Below are positions 39,501-52,000 of a stretch of DNA of 64,000 nt, in pieces. The position numbers were made by a program, and so were the translations under genes. The notes beneath the pieces are model-generated. The model was not told where the DNA came from, did not search any database, and saw nothing but the letters and a program-made list of their open reading frames with translations. Each line of letters starts with the position of its first letter. Position 1 is the first letter of the stretch. This DNA comes from Yuukianura sp. NJ FZ-2021 (Eukaryota), in the NCBI GenBank assembly GCA_046563655.1, contig JAJCTO010000009.1:1116001-1180000 (forward strand), given 5' to 3'.

Positions 39501-42500
39501 ATGAGAATGAACAGAAAGTAATATATATTTTTGAAATCCTCATTAAAAGTGCTACAGGAACCCACTTTCGCTTGCTGTGTCGTCCCTCATCTAGTTACCT
39601 TTATTTATGAAAATTCATGTTTCAAAACAAAGAATTCAAAAGAAATGCATTCCGAAACGATGCTGAATAAAAGTCAGCCACATTTTTGAAATCCTCATAA
39701 AAAAGGCTAAAGGAGCCCACTTTCGCTTGCTGTGTTGTCCTTCATCTCGTGACTTTTTTATGAAAATTTGTTTCAAAACAAATCATTCGAAAAACCTGCA
39801 CGCGGAGCGATGCCGGGTGAAAATGTGTTACTTTTCTGAAATCCTCCTGAAAAGTACTACAGGAACCCAAGTTTAATTGGCGTGGATAGATCGCAATTAA
39901 ATCTGGTTAGAGCGTACTTAAAAGTTTGAATGAACCGTTCTGCCTCGGATTTTATCTTGGGTTGGAATACGGCACCCAGGGCAATGTCGAGCACCATTTT
40001 GACGCAAAACGACTTAAATTTGTGAGAATCAACATAAAAATGTGAGATTAAACAGAAAGTAATATATATTTTTGAAATCCTCATTAAAAGTGCTACAGGA
40101 ACCCACTTTCACTTGCTGTGTCGTCCCTCATCTAGTTACCTTTATTTATGAAAATTTGTTTCAAAACAAATCATTCGAAAAACCTGCGCGCGGAGCGATG
40201 CCGGGTGAAAATGAGTTACTTTTCTGAAATGCTCCTGAAAAGTACTACAGGAACCCAAGTTTATTTGGCGTGGATAGATCGCAATTAAATCTGGTTAGAG
40301 CGTACTTAAAAGTTTGAATGAACCGTTCTGCCTCGGATTTTATCTTGGGTTGGAATACGGCACCCAGGGCAATGTCGAGCACCATTTTGACGCAAAACGA
40401 CTTAAATTTGTGAGAATGAACATGCAAATGTGAGAATGAACAGAAAGTAATATATATTTTTGAAATCCTCATTAAAAGTGCTACAGGAACCCACTTTCAC
40501 TTGCTGTGTCGTCCCTCATCTAGTTACCTTTATTTATGAAAATTCATGTTTCAAAACAAAGAATTCAAAAGAAATGCATTCCGGAACGATGCTGGGTAAA
40601 AGTCAACTATATTTTTGAAACCTCATAAAAAGGGCTACAGGAACCCACTTTCACTTGCTGTGTCGTCCCTCATCTAGTTACCTTTATTTATGAAAATTCA
40701 TGTTTCAAAACAAAGAATTCAAAAGAAATGAATTCCGGAACGATGCTGGGTAGAAGTCAACTATATTTTTGAAACCTCATAAAAAGGGCTACAGGAACCC
40801 ACTTTCACTTGCTGTGTCGTCCCTCATCTCGTGACTTTTTTTATGAAAATTTGTTTCAAAACAAATCATTCGAAAAACCTGCACGCGGAGCGATGCCGGG
40901 TGAAAATGTGTTACTTTTCTGAAATCCTCCTGAAAAGTACTACAGGAACCCAAGTTTAATTGGCGTGGAAAGATCGCAATTAAATCTAGTTAGAGCGTAC
41001 TTAAAAGTTTGAATGAACCGCTCTGTCTCGGATTTTATCTTGGATTGGAATACGGCACCCAGGGCAATGTCGAGCACCATTTTGACGCAAAACGACTTAA
41101 ATTTGTGAGAATGAACATGCAAATGTGAGAATGAACAGAAAGTAATATATATTTTTGAAATCCTCATTAAAAGTGCTACAGGAACCCACTTTCACTTGCT
41201 GTGTCGTCCCTCATCTAGTTGCCTTTATTTATGAAAATTCATGTTTCAAAACAAAGAATTCAAAACAAATGCATTCCGGAACGATGCTGGGTAAAAGTCA
41301 ACTATATTTTTGAAACCTCATAAAAAGGGCTACAGGAACCCACTTTCACTTGCTGTGTCGTCCCTCATCTAGTTACCTTTATTTATGAAAATTCATGTTT
41401 CAAAACAAAGAATTCAAAAGAAATGCATTCCGGAACGATGCTGGGTAAAAGTCAACTATATTTTTGAAACCTCATAAAAAGGGCTACAGGAACCCACTTT
41501 TACTTGCTGTGTCGTCCCTCATCTCGTGACTTTTTTTAATGAAAATTTGTTTCAAAACAAATCATTCGAAAAACCTGCACGCGGAGCGATGCCGGGTGAA
41601 AATGTGTTACTTTTCTGAAATCCTCCTGAAAAGTACTACAGGAACCCAAGTTTAATTGGCGTGGATAGATCGCAATTAAATCTGGTTAGAGCGTACTTAA
41701 AAGTTTGAATGAACCGTTCTGCCTCGGATTTTATCTTGGGTTGGAATACGGCACCCAGGGCAATGTCGAGCACCATTTTGACGCAAAACGACTTAAATTT
41801 GTGAGAATCAACATGCAAATGTGAGAATGAACAGAAAGTAATATATATTTTTGAAATCCTCATTAAAAGTGCTACAGGAACCCACTTTCGCTTGCTGTGT
41901 CGTCCCTCATCTAGTTACCTTTATTTATGAAAATTCATGTTTCAAAACAAAGAATTCAAAAGAAATGCATTCCGGAACGATGCTGGGTAAAAGTCAACTA
42001 TATTTTTGAAACCTCATAAAAAGGGCTACAGGAACCCACTTTCACTTGCTGTGTCGTCCCTCATCTAGTTACCTTTATTTATGAAAATTCATGTTTCAAA
42101 ACAAAGAATTCGAAAAACCTGCGCGCGGAGCGATGCCGGGTGAAAATGAGTTACTTTTCTGAAATGCTCCTGAAAAGTACTACAGGAACCCAAGTTTAGT
42201 TGGCGTGGATAGATCGCAATTAAATCTGGTTAGAGCGTACTTAAAAGTTTGAATGAACCGTTCTGCCTCGGATTTTATCTTGGGTTGGAATACGGCACCC
42301 AGGGCAATGTCGAGCACCATTTTGACGCAAAACGACTTAAATTTGTGAGAATGAACATGCAAATGTGAGAATGAACAGAAAGTAATATATATTTTTGAAA
42401 TCCTCATTAAAAGTGCTACAGGAACCCACTTTCACTTGCTGTGTCGTCCCTCATCTAGTTACCTTTATTTATGAAAATTCATAGTTTCAAAACAAAGAAC

Positions 42501-42571
42501 TCAAAAGAAATGCATTCCGGAACGATGCCGGGTACAAGTCAACTATATTTTTGAAACCCTCCTGAAAAGTA

Positions 42572-44739
42572 CTACAGGAACCCAACTTTAATTGGCGTGG
42601 ATAGATCGCAATTAAATCTGGTTAGAGCGTACTTAAAAGTTTGAATGAACCGTTCTGCCTCGGATTTTATCTTGGGTTGGAATACGGCACCCAGGGCAAT
42701 GTCGAGCACCATTTTGACGCAAAGCGACTTAAATTTGTGACAATGAACATGCAAATGTGAGAATGAACAGAAAGTAATATATATTTTTGAAATCCTCATT
42801 AAAAGTGCTACAGGAACCCACTTTCACTTGCTGTGTCGTCCCTCATCTAGTTGCCTTTATTTATGAAAATTCATGTTTCAAAACAAAGAATTCAAAAGAA
42901 ATGCATTCCGGAACGATGCTGGGTAAAAGTCAACTATATTTTTGAAACCTCATAAAAAGGGCTACAGGAACCCACTTTCACTTGCTGTGTCGTCCCTCAT
43001 CTAGTTACCTTTATTTATGAAAATTCATGTTTCAAAACAAAGAATTCAAAAGAAATGCATTCCGGAACGATGCTGGGTAAAAGTCAACTATATTTTTGAA
43101 ACCTCATAAAAAGGGCTACAGGAACCCACTTTTACTTGCTGTGTCGTCCCTCATCTCGTGACTTTTTTTTATGAAAATTTGTTTCAAAACAAATCATTCG
43201 AAAAACCTGCACGCGGAGCGATGCCGGGTGAAAATTTGTTACTTTTCTGAAATCCTCCTGAAAAGTACTACAGGAACCCAAGTTTAATTGGCGTGGATAG
43301 ATCGCAATTAAATCTGGTTAGAGCGTACTTAAAAGTTTGAATGAACCGTTCTGCCTCGGATTTTATCTTGGGTTGGAATACGGCACCCAGGGCAATGTCG
43401 AGCACCATTTTGACGCAAAACGACTTAAATTTGTGAGAATCAACATGCAAATGTGAGAATGAACAGAAAGTAATATATATTTTTGAAATCCTCATTAAAA
43501 GTGCTACAGGAACCCACTTTCACTTGCTGTGTCGTCCCTCATCTAGTTACCTTTATTTATGAAAATTTGTTTCAAAACAAATCATTCGAAAAACCTGCGC
43601 GCGGAGCGATGCCGGGTGAAAATGAGTTACTTTTCTGAAATGCTCCTAAAAAGTACTACAGGAACCCAAGTTTAATTTGGCGTGGATAGATCGCAATTAA
43701 ATCTGGTTAGAGCGTACTTAAAAGTTTGAATGAACCGTTCTGCCTCGGATTTTATCTTGGGTTGGAATACGGCACCCAGGGCAATGTCGAGCACCATTTT
43801 GACGCAAAGCGACTTAAATTTGTGACAATGAACATGCAAATGTGAGAATGAACAGAAAGTAATATATATTTTTGAAATCCTCATTAAAAGTGCTACAGGA
43901 ACCCACTTTCACTTGCTGTGTCGTCCCTCATCTAGTTGCCTTTATTTATGAAAATTCATGTTTCAAAACAAAGAATTCAAAAGAAATGCATTCCGGAACG
44001 ATGCTGGGTAAAAGTCAACTATATTTTTGAAACCTCATAAAAAGGGCTACAGGAACCCACTTTCACTTGCTGTGTCGTCCCTCATCTAGTTACCTTTATT
44101 TATGAAAATTCATGTTTCAAAACAAAGAATTCAAAAGAAATGCATTCCGGAACGATGCTGGGTAAAAGTCAACTATATTTTTGAAACCTCATAAAAAGGG
44201 CTACAGGAACCCACTTTTACTTGCTGTGTCGTCCCTCATCTCGTGACTTTTTTTATTAAAATTTGTTTCAAAACAAATCATTCGAAAAACCTGCACGCGG
44301 AGCGATGCCGGGTGAAAATTTGTTACTTTTCTGAAATCCTCCTGAAAAGTACTACAGGAACCCAAGTTTAATTGGCGTGGATAGATCGCAATTAAATCTG
44401 GTTAGAGCGTACTTAAAAGTTTGAATGAACCGTTCTGCCTCGGATTTTATCTTGGGTTGGAATACGGCACCCAGGGCAATGTCGAGCACCATTTTGACGC
44501 AAAACGACTTAAATTTGTGAGAATCAACATGCAAATGTGAGAATGAACAGAAAGTAATATATATTTTTGAAATCCTCATTAAAAGTGCTACAGGAACCCA
44601 CTTTCACTTGCTGTGTCGTCCCTCATCTAGTTACCTTTATTTATGAAAATTTGTTTCAAAACAAATCATTCGAAAAACCTGCGCGCGGAGCGATGCCGGG
44701 TGAAAATGAGTTACTTTTCTGAAATGCTCCTAAAAAGTA
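42572..44739 (+). repeat. HOR of 1084 bp (696+388) x2
   Basis: Anchors at 42572, 43656 and 44740. Shared variants are CAAAGCGAC, TGTGACAATG, GAAAATTTGTTAC and CTCCTAAAAAG. Confidence 0.85.
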
Positions 44740-47700
44740 CTACAGGAACCCAAGTTTATTTGGCGTGGATAGATCGCAATTAAATCTGGTTAGAGCGTAC
44801 TTAAAAGTTTGAATGAACCGTTCTGCCTCGGATTTTATCTTGGGTTGGAATACGGCACCCAGGGCAATGTCGAGCACCATTTTGACGCAAAACGACTTAA
44901 ATTTGTGAGAATGAACATGCAAATGTGAGAATGAACAGAAAGTAATATATATTTTTGAAATCCTCATTAAAAGTGCTACAGGAACCCACTTTCACTTGCT
45001 GTGTCGTCCCTCATCTAGTTACCTTTATTTATGAAAATTCATGTTTCAAAACAAAGAATTCAAAAGAAATGCATTCCGGAACGATGCTGGGTAAAAGTCA
45101 ACTATATTTTTGAAATCCTCATAAAAAGTGCTACAGGAACCCACTTTCACTTGCTGTGTCGTCCCTCATCTAGTTACCTTTATTTATAAAAATTCATGTT
45201 TCAAAACAAAGAATTCAAAAGAAATGAATTCCGGAACGATGCTGGGTAGAAGTCAACTATATTTTTGAAACCTCATAAAAAGGGCTACAGGAACCCACTT
45301 TCACTTGCTGTGTCGTCCCTCATCTCGTGACTTTTTTTATGAAAATTTGTTTCAAAACAAATCATTCGAAAAACCTGCACGCGGAGCGATGCCGGGTGAA
45401 AATGTGTTACTTTTCTGAAATCCTCCTGAAAAGTACTACAGGAACCCAAGTTTAATTGGCGTGGATAGATCGCAATTAAATCTGGTTAGAGCGTACTTAA
45501 AAGTTTGAATGAACCGTTCTGCCTCGGATTTTATCTTGGGTTGGAATACGGCACCCAGGGCAATGTCGAGCACCATTTTGAAGCAAAACGACTTAAATTT
45601 GTGAGAATCAACATGCAAATGTGAGAATAAACAGAAAGTAATATATATTTTTGAAATCCTCATTAAAAGTGCTACAGGAACCCACTTTCGCTTGCTGTGT
45701 CGTCCCTCATCTAGTTACCTTTATTTATGAAAATTCATGTTTCAAAACAAAGAATTCGAAAAACCTGCGCGCGGAGCGATGCCGGGTGAAAATGAGTTAC
45801 TTTTCTGAAATGCTCCTGAAAAGTACTACAGGAACCCAAGTTTAGTTGGCGTGGATAGATCGCAATTAAATCTGGTTAGAGCGTACTTAAAAGTTTGAAT
45901 GAACCGTTCTGCCTCGGATTTTATCTTGGGTTGGAATACGGCACCCAGGGCAATGTCGAGCACCATTTTGAAGCAAAACGACTTAAATTTGTGAGAATCA
46001 ACATGCAAATGTGAGAATAAACAGAAAGTAATATATATTTTTGAAATCCTCATTAAAAGTGCTACAGGATCCCACTTTCACTTGCTGTGTCGTCCCTCAT
46101 CTAGTTACCTTTATTTATGAAAATTCATGTTTCAAAACAAAGAATTCGAAAAACCTGCGCGCGGAGCGATGCCGGGTGAAAATGAGTTACTTTTCTGAAA
46201 TGCTCCTGAAAAGTACTACAGGAACCCAAGTTTAGTTGGCGTGGATAGATCGCAATTAAATCTGGTTAGAGCGTACTTAAAAGTTTGAATGAACCGTTCT
46301 GCCTCGGATTTTATCTTGGGTTGGAATACGGCACCCAGGGCAATGTCGAGCACCATTTTGACGCAAAACGACTTAAATTTGTGAGAATGAACATGCAAAT
46401 GTGAGAATGAACAGAAAGTAATATATATTTTTGAAATCCTCATTAAAAGTGCTACAGGAACCCACTTTTACTTGCTGTGTCGTCCCTCATCTAGTTACCT
46501 TTATTTATGAAAATTCATGTTTCAAAACAAAGAATTCAAAAGAAATGCATTCCGGAACGATGCTGAGTAAAAGTCAACTATATTTTTGAAATCCTCATAA
46601 AAAGGGCTACAGGAACCCACTTTCACTTGCTGTGTCGTCCCTCATCTCGTGACTTTTTTTTATGAAAATTTGTTTCAAAACAAATCATTCAAAAAACCTC
46701 CACGCAGAGCGATGCCGGGTGAAAATGTATTACTTTTCTGAAATCCTCCTGAAAAGTACTACAGGAACCCAAGTTTAATTGGCGTGGATAGATCGCAATT
46801 AAATCTGGTTAGAGCGTACTTAAAAGTTTGAATGAACCGTTCTGCCTCGGATTTTATCTTGGGTTGGAATACGGCACCCAGGGCAATGTCGAGCACCATT
46901 TTGACGCAAAACGACTTAAATTTGTGAGAATCAACATGCAAATGTGAGAATGAACAGAAAGTAATATATATTTTTGAAATCCTCATTAAAAGTGCTACAG
47001 GAACCCACTTTCACTTGCTGTGTCGTCCCTCATCTAGTTACCTTTATTTATGAAAATTTGTTTCAAAACAAATCATTCGAAAAACCTGCGCGCGGAGCGA
47101 TGCCGGGTGAAAATGAGTTACTTTTCTGAAATGCTCCTAAAAAGTACTACAGGAACCCAAGTTTATTTGGCGTGGATAGATCGCAATTAAATCTGGTTAG
47201 AGCGTACTTAAAAGTTTGAATGAACCGTTCTGCCTCGGATTTTATCTTGGGTTGGAATACGGCACCCAGGGCAATGTCGAGCACCATTTTGACGCAAAAC
47301 GACTTAAATTTGTGAGAATGAACATGCAAATGTGAGAATGAACAGAAAGTAATATATATTTTTGAAATCCTCATTAAAAGTGCTACAGGAACCCACTTTC
47401 ACTTGCTGTGTCGTCCCTCATCTAGTTACCTTTATTTATGAAAATTCATGTTTCAAAACAAAGAATTCAAAAGAAATGCATTCCGGAACGATGCTGGGTA
47501 AAAGTCAACTATATTTTTGAAACCTCATAAAAAGGGCTACAGGAACCCACTTTCACTTGCTGTGTCGTCCCTCATCTAGTTACCTTTATTTATGAAAATT
47601 CATGTTTCAAAACAAAGAATTCAAAAGAAATGAATTCCGGAACGATGCTGGGTAGAAGTCAACTATATTTTTGAAACCTCATAAAAAGGGCTACAGGAAC

Positions 47701-49162
47701 CCACTTTCACTTGCTGTGTCGTCCCTCATCTCGTGACTTTTTTTTATGAAAATTTGTTTCAAAACAAATCATTCGAAAAACCTGCACGCGGAGCGATGCC
47801 GGGTGAAAATGTGTTACTTTTCTGAAATCCTCCTGAAAAGTACTACAGGAACCCAAGTTTAATTGGCGTGGATAGATCGCAATTAAATCTGGTTAGAGCG
47901 TACTTAAAAGTTTGAATGAACCGTTCTGCCTCGGATTTTATCTTGGGTTGGAATACGGCACCCAGGGCAATGTCGAGCACCATTTTGAAGCAAAACGACT
48001 TAAATTTGTGAGAATCAACATGCAAATGTGAGAATAAACAGAAAGTAATATATATTTTTGAAATCCTCATTAAAAGTGCTACAGGAACCCACTTTCACTT
48101 GCTGTGTCGTCCCTCATCTAGTTACCTTTATTTATGAAAATTCATGTTTCAAAACAAAGAATTCGAAAAACCTGCGCGCGGAGCGATGCCGGGTGAAAAT
48201 GAGTTACTTTTCTGAAATGCTCCTGAAAAGTACTACAGGAACCCAAGTTTAGTTGGCGTGGATAGATCGCAATTAAATCTGGTTAGAGCGTACTTAAAAG
48301 TTTGAATGAACCGTTCTGCCTCGGATTTTATCTTGGGTTGGAATACGGCACCCAGGGCAATGTCGAGCACCATTTTGAAGCAAAACGACTTAAATTTGTG
48401 AGAATCAACATGCAAATGTGAGAATAAACAGAAAGTAATATATATTTTTGAAATCCTCATTAAAAGTGCTACAGGAACCCACTTTCGCTTGCTGTGTCGT
48501 CCCTCATCTAGTTACCTTTATTTATGAAAATTCATGTTTCAAAACAAAGAATTCGAAAAACCTGCGCGCGGAGCGATGCCGGGTGAAAATGAGTTACTTT
48601 TCTGAAATGCTCCTGAAAAGTACTACAGGAACCCAAGTTTAGTTGGCGTGGATAGATCGCAATTAAATCTGGTTAGAGCGTACTTAAAAGTTTGAATGAA
48701 CCGTTCTGCCTCGGATTTTATCTTGGGTTGGAATACGGCACCCAGGGCAATGTCGAGCACCATTTTGACGCAAAACGACTTAAATTTGTGAGAATGAACA
48801 TGCAAATGTGAGAATGAACAGAAAGTAATATATATTTTTGAAATCCTCATTAAAAGTGCTACAGGAACCCACTTTCACTTGCTGTGTCGTCCCTCATCTA
48901 GTTACCTTTATTTATGAAAATTCATGTTTCAAAACAAAGAATTCAAAAGAAATGCATTCCGGAACGATGCTGAGTAAAAGTCAACTATATTTTTGAAACC
49001 TCATAAAAAGGGCTACAGGAACCCACTTTCACTTGCTGTGTCGTCCCTCATCTCGTGACTTTTTTTATGAAAATTTGTTTCAAAACAAATCATTCAAAAA
49101 CCTCCACGCAGAGCGATGCCGGGTGAAAATGTATTACTTTTCTGAAATCCTCCTGAAAAGTA
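44352..49162 (+). repeat. HOR of ~2405 bp (388+696+390+390+543) x2
   Basis: Anchors at 44352, 46759 and 49163. The variant TTTTGAAGCAAAAC occurs in the A copies at 45436/45826 and 47843/48233. Confidence 0.9.
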
Positions 49163-49619
49163 CTACAGGAACCCAAGTTTAATTGGCGTGGATAGATCGC
49201 AATTAAATCTGGTTAGAGCGTACTTAAAAGTTTGAATGAACCGTTCTGCCTCGGATTTTATCTTGGGTTGGAATACGGCACCCAGGGCAATGTCGAGCAC
49301 CATTTTGACGCAAAACGACTTAAATTTGTGAGAATGAACATGCAAATGTGAGAATGAACAGAAAGTAATATATATTTTTGAAATCCTCATTAAAAGTGCT
49401 ACAGGAACCCACTTTCACTTGCTGTGTCGTCCCTCATCTAGTTACCTTTATTTATGAAAATTCATGTTTCAAAACAAAGAATTCAAAAGAAATGCATTCC
49501 GGAACGATGCTGAGTAAAAGTCAACTATATTTTTGAAACCTCATAAAAAGGGCTACAGGAACCCACTTTCACTTGCTGTGTCGTCCCTCATCTCGTGACT
49601 TTTTTTTATGAAAATTTGT

Positions 49620-52000
49620 TTCAAAACAAATCATTCAAAAAACCTCCACGCGGAGCGATGCCGGGTGAAAAGGAGTTACTTTTCTGAAATCCTCCTGAAA
49701 AGTACTACAGGAACACAAGTTTAATTGGCGTGGATAGATCGCAATTAAATCTGGTTAGAGCGTACTTACAAGTCTGAATGAACCGCTCTGCCTCAGATTT
49801 TATCTTGGGTTGGAATACGGCACCCAGGGCAATGTCGAGCACCATTTTGACGCAAAACGACTTAAATTTGTGAGAATGAACATGCAAATGTGAGAATGAA
49901 CAGAAAGTAAATTACATTTTTGAAATCCTCATAAAAAGTGCTACAGGAACCCACTTTCACTTGCTGTGTCGTCCCTCATCTCGTGACTTTGTTTTATGAA
50001 AATTTGTTTCAAAACAAATCATTCAAAAAACCTCCACGCGGAGCGATGCCGGGTGAAAAGGAGTTACTTTTCTGAAATCCTCCTGAAAAGTACTACAGGA
50101 ACCCAAATTTAATTGGCGTGGATAGGTCGCAATTAAATCTGGTTAGAGCGTACTTAAAAGTCTGAATGAACCGCTCTGCCGCGGATTTTATTTTGGTTTG
50201 GAATACGGCACCCAGGGCAATGTCGAGCACCATTTTGACCCAAAACGACTTAAATTTGTGAGAATGAACATGCAAATGTGAGAATGAACAGAAAATAAAT
50301 TACATTTTTGAAATCCTCATAAAAAGAGCTACAGGAACCCACTTTCACTTGCTGTGTCGTTTCTCATCTTGTTACCTTTACTTATGAAAATTCATGTTTC
50401 AGAAAAAAGAATTCAAAAGAAATGCATTCCAGAACGATGCTGGATAAAAGTCAACTATATTTTTGAAATCCTCATAAAAAGGGCTACAGGAACCCACTTT
50501 CACTTGCTGTGTCGTCCATCATCTTGTTACCTTTATTTATGAAAATTCATGTTTCAAAACAAAGAATTCAAAAGAAATGCATTCCAGAACGATGCTGGGT
50601 AAAAGTCAACAATATTTTTGAAATCCTCATAAAAAGGGCTACAGGAACCCACTTTCACTTGCTGTGTTCTCCCTCATCTTGTGACTTTTTTTAATGAAAA
50701 TTTGTTTCAAAACAAATCATTCAAAAAACCTCCACGCGGAGCGATGCCGGGTGAAAAGGAGTTACTTTTCTGAAATCCTCCTGGAAAGTACTACAGGAAC
50801 ACAAGTTTAATTGGAGTGGATAGATCGCAATTGAATCCGGTTAGCGCGTACTTAAAAGTCTGTATAAACCGCTCTGTCTCGAATATTATCTTGGGTTGGT
50901 ATATGGCACCCAGGGCAATGTCGAGCACCATTTTGACGCAAAAAGACTTAAATTTGTGAGAATGAACATGCAAATGTGAGAATTAACAGAAAGTAAATTA
51001 CATTTTTGAAATCCTCATAAAAAGAGCTACAGGAACCCACTTTCACTTGCTGTGTCGTCCCTCATCTCGTGACTTTTTTTAATGAAAATTTGTTTCAAAA
51101 CAAATCATTCAAAAAACCTCCACGCGGAGCGATGCCGGGTGAAAAGGAGTTACTTTTCTGAAATCCTCCTGAAAAGTACTACAGGAACCCAAATTTAATT
51201 GGCGTGGATAGATCGCAATTAAATCCGGTTAGCGCGTACTTAAAAGTCTGAATGAACCGTTCTGCCTCGGATTTTATCTTGGGTTGGAATACGGCACCCA
51301 GGGCAATGTCGAGCACCATTTTGACGCAAAACGACTTAAATTTGTGAGAATGAACATGCAAATGTGAGAATGAACAGAAAGTAAATTACATTTTTGAAAT
51401 CCTCATAAAAAGTGCTACAGGAACCCACTTTCACTTGCTGTGTCGTCCCTCATCTCGTGACTTTGTTTTATGAAAATTTGTTTCAAAACAAATCATTCAA
51501 AAAACCTCCACGCGGAGCGATGCCGCGTGAAAAGGAGTTATTTTTTTGAAATCCTCCTGAAAAGTACTACAGTAACCCAAGTTTAATTGGTGTGGATAAA
51601 TCGCAATTAAATCTGGTTAGAGCGTACTTAAAAGTCTGAATGAACCGCTCTGTCTCGAATATTATCTTGGGCTGGAATACGGCACCCAGGGCAATGTCGA
51701 GCACCATTTTGACGCAAAACGACTTAAATTTGTGAGAATGAACATGCAAATGTGAGAATTAACAGAAAGTAAATTACATTTTTGAAATCCTCATAAAAAG
51801 AGCTACAGGAACCCACTTTCACTTGCTGTGTCGTCCCTCATCTCGTGACTTTTTTTTATGAAAATTTGTTTCAAAACAAATCATTCAAAAAACCTCCACG
51901 CGGAGCGATGCCGGGTGAAAAGGAGTTATTTTTTTGAAATCCTCCTGAAAAGTACTACAGGAACTCAAGTTTAATTGGTGTGGATAAATCGCAATTAAAT
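49620..52000 (+). repeat. Diverged subfamily block, mostly A-C units of 388 bp
   Basis: Linked variants GTAAATTACATTTTTG, GAAAAGGAGTTA, TTCAAAAAACCTCCAC, AAGTCTGAATG and AAAGAGCTACAGG. Confidence 0.85.
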
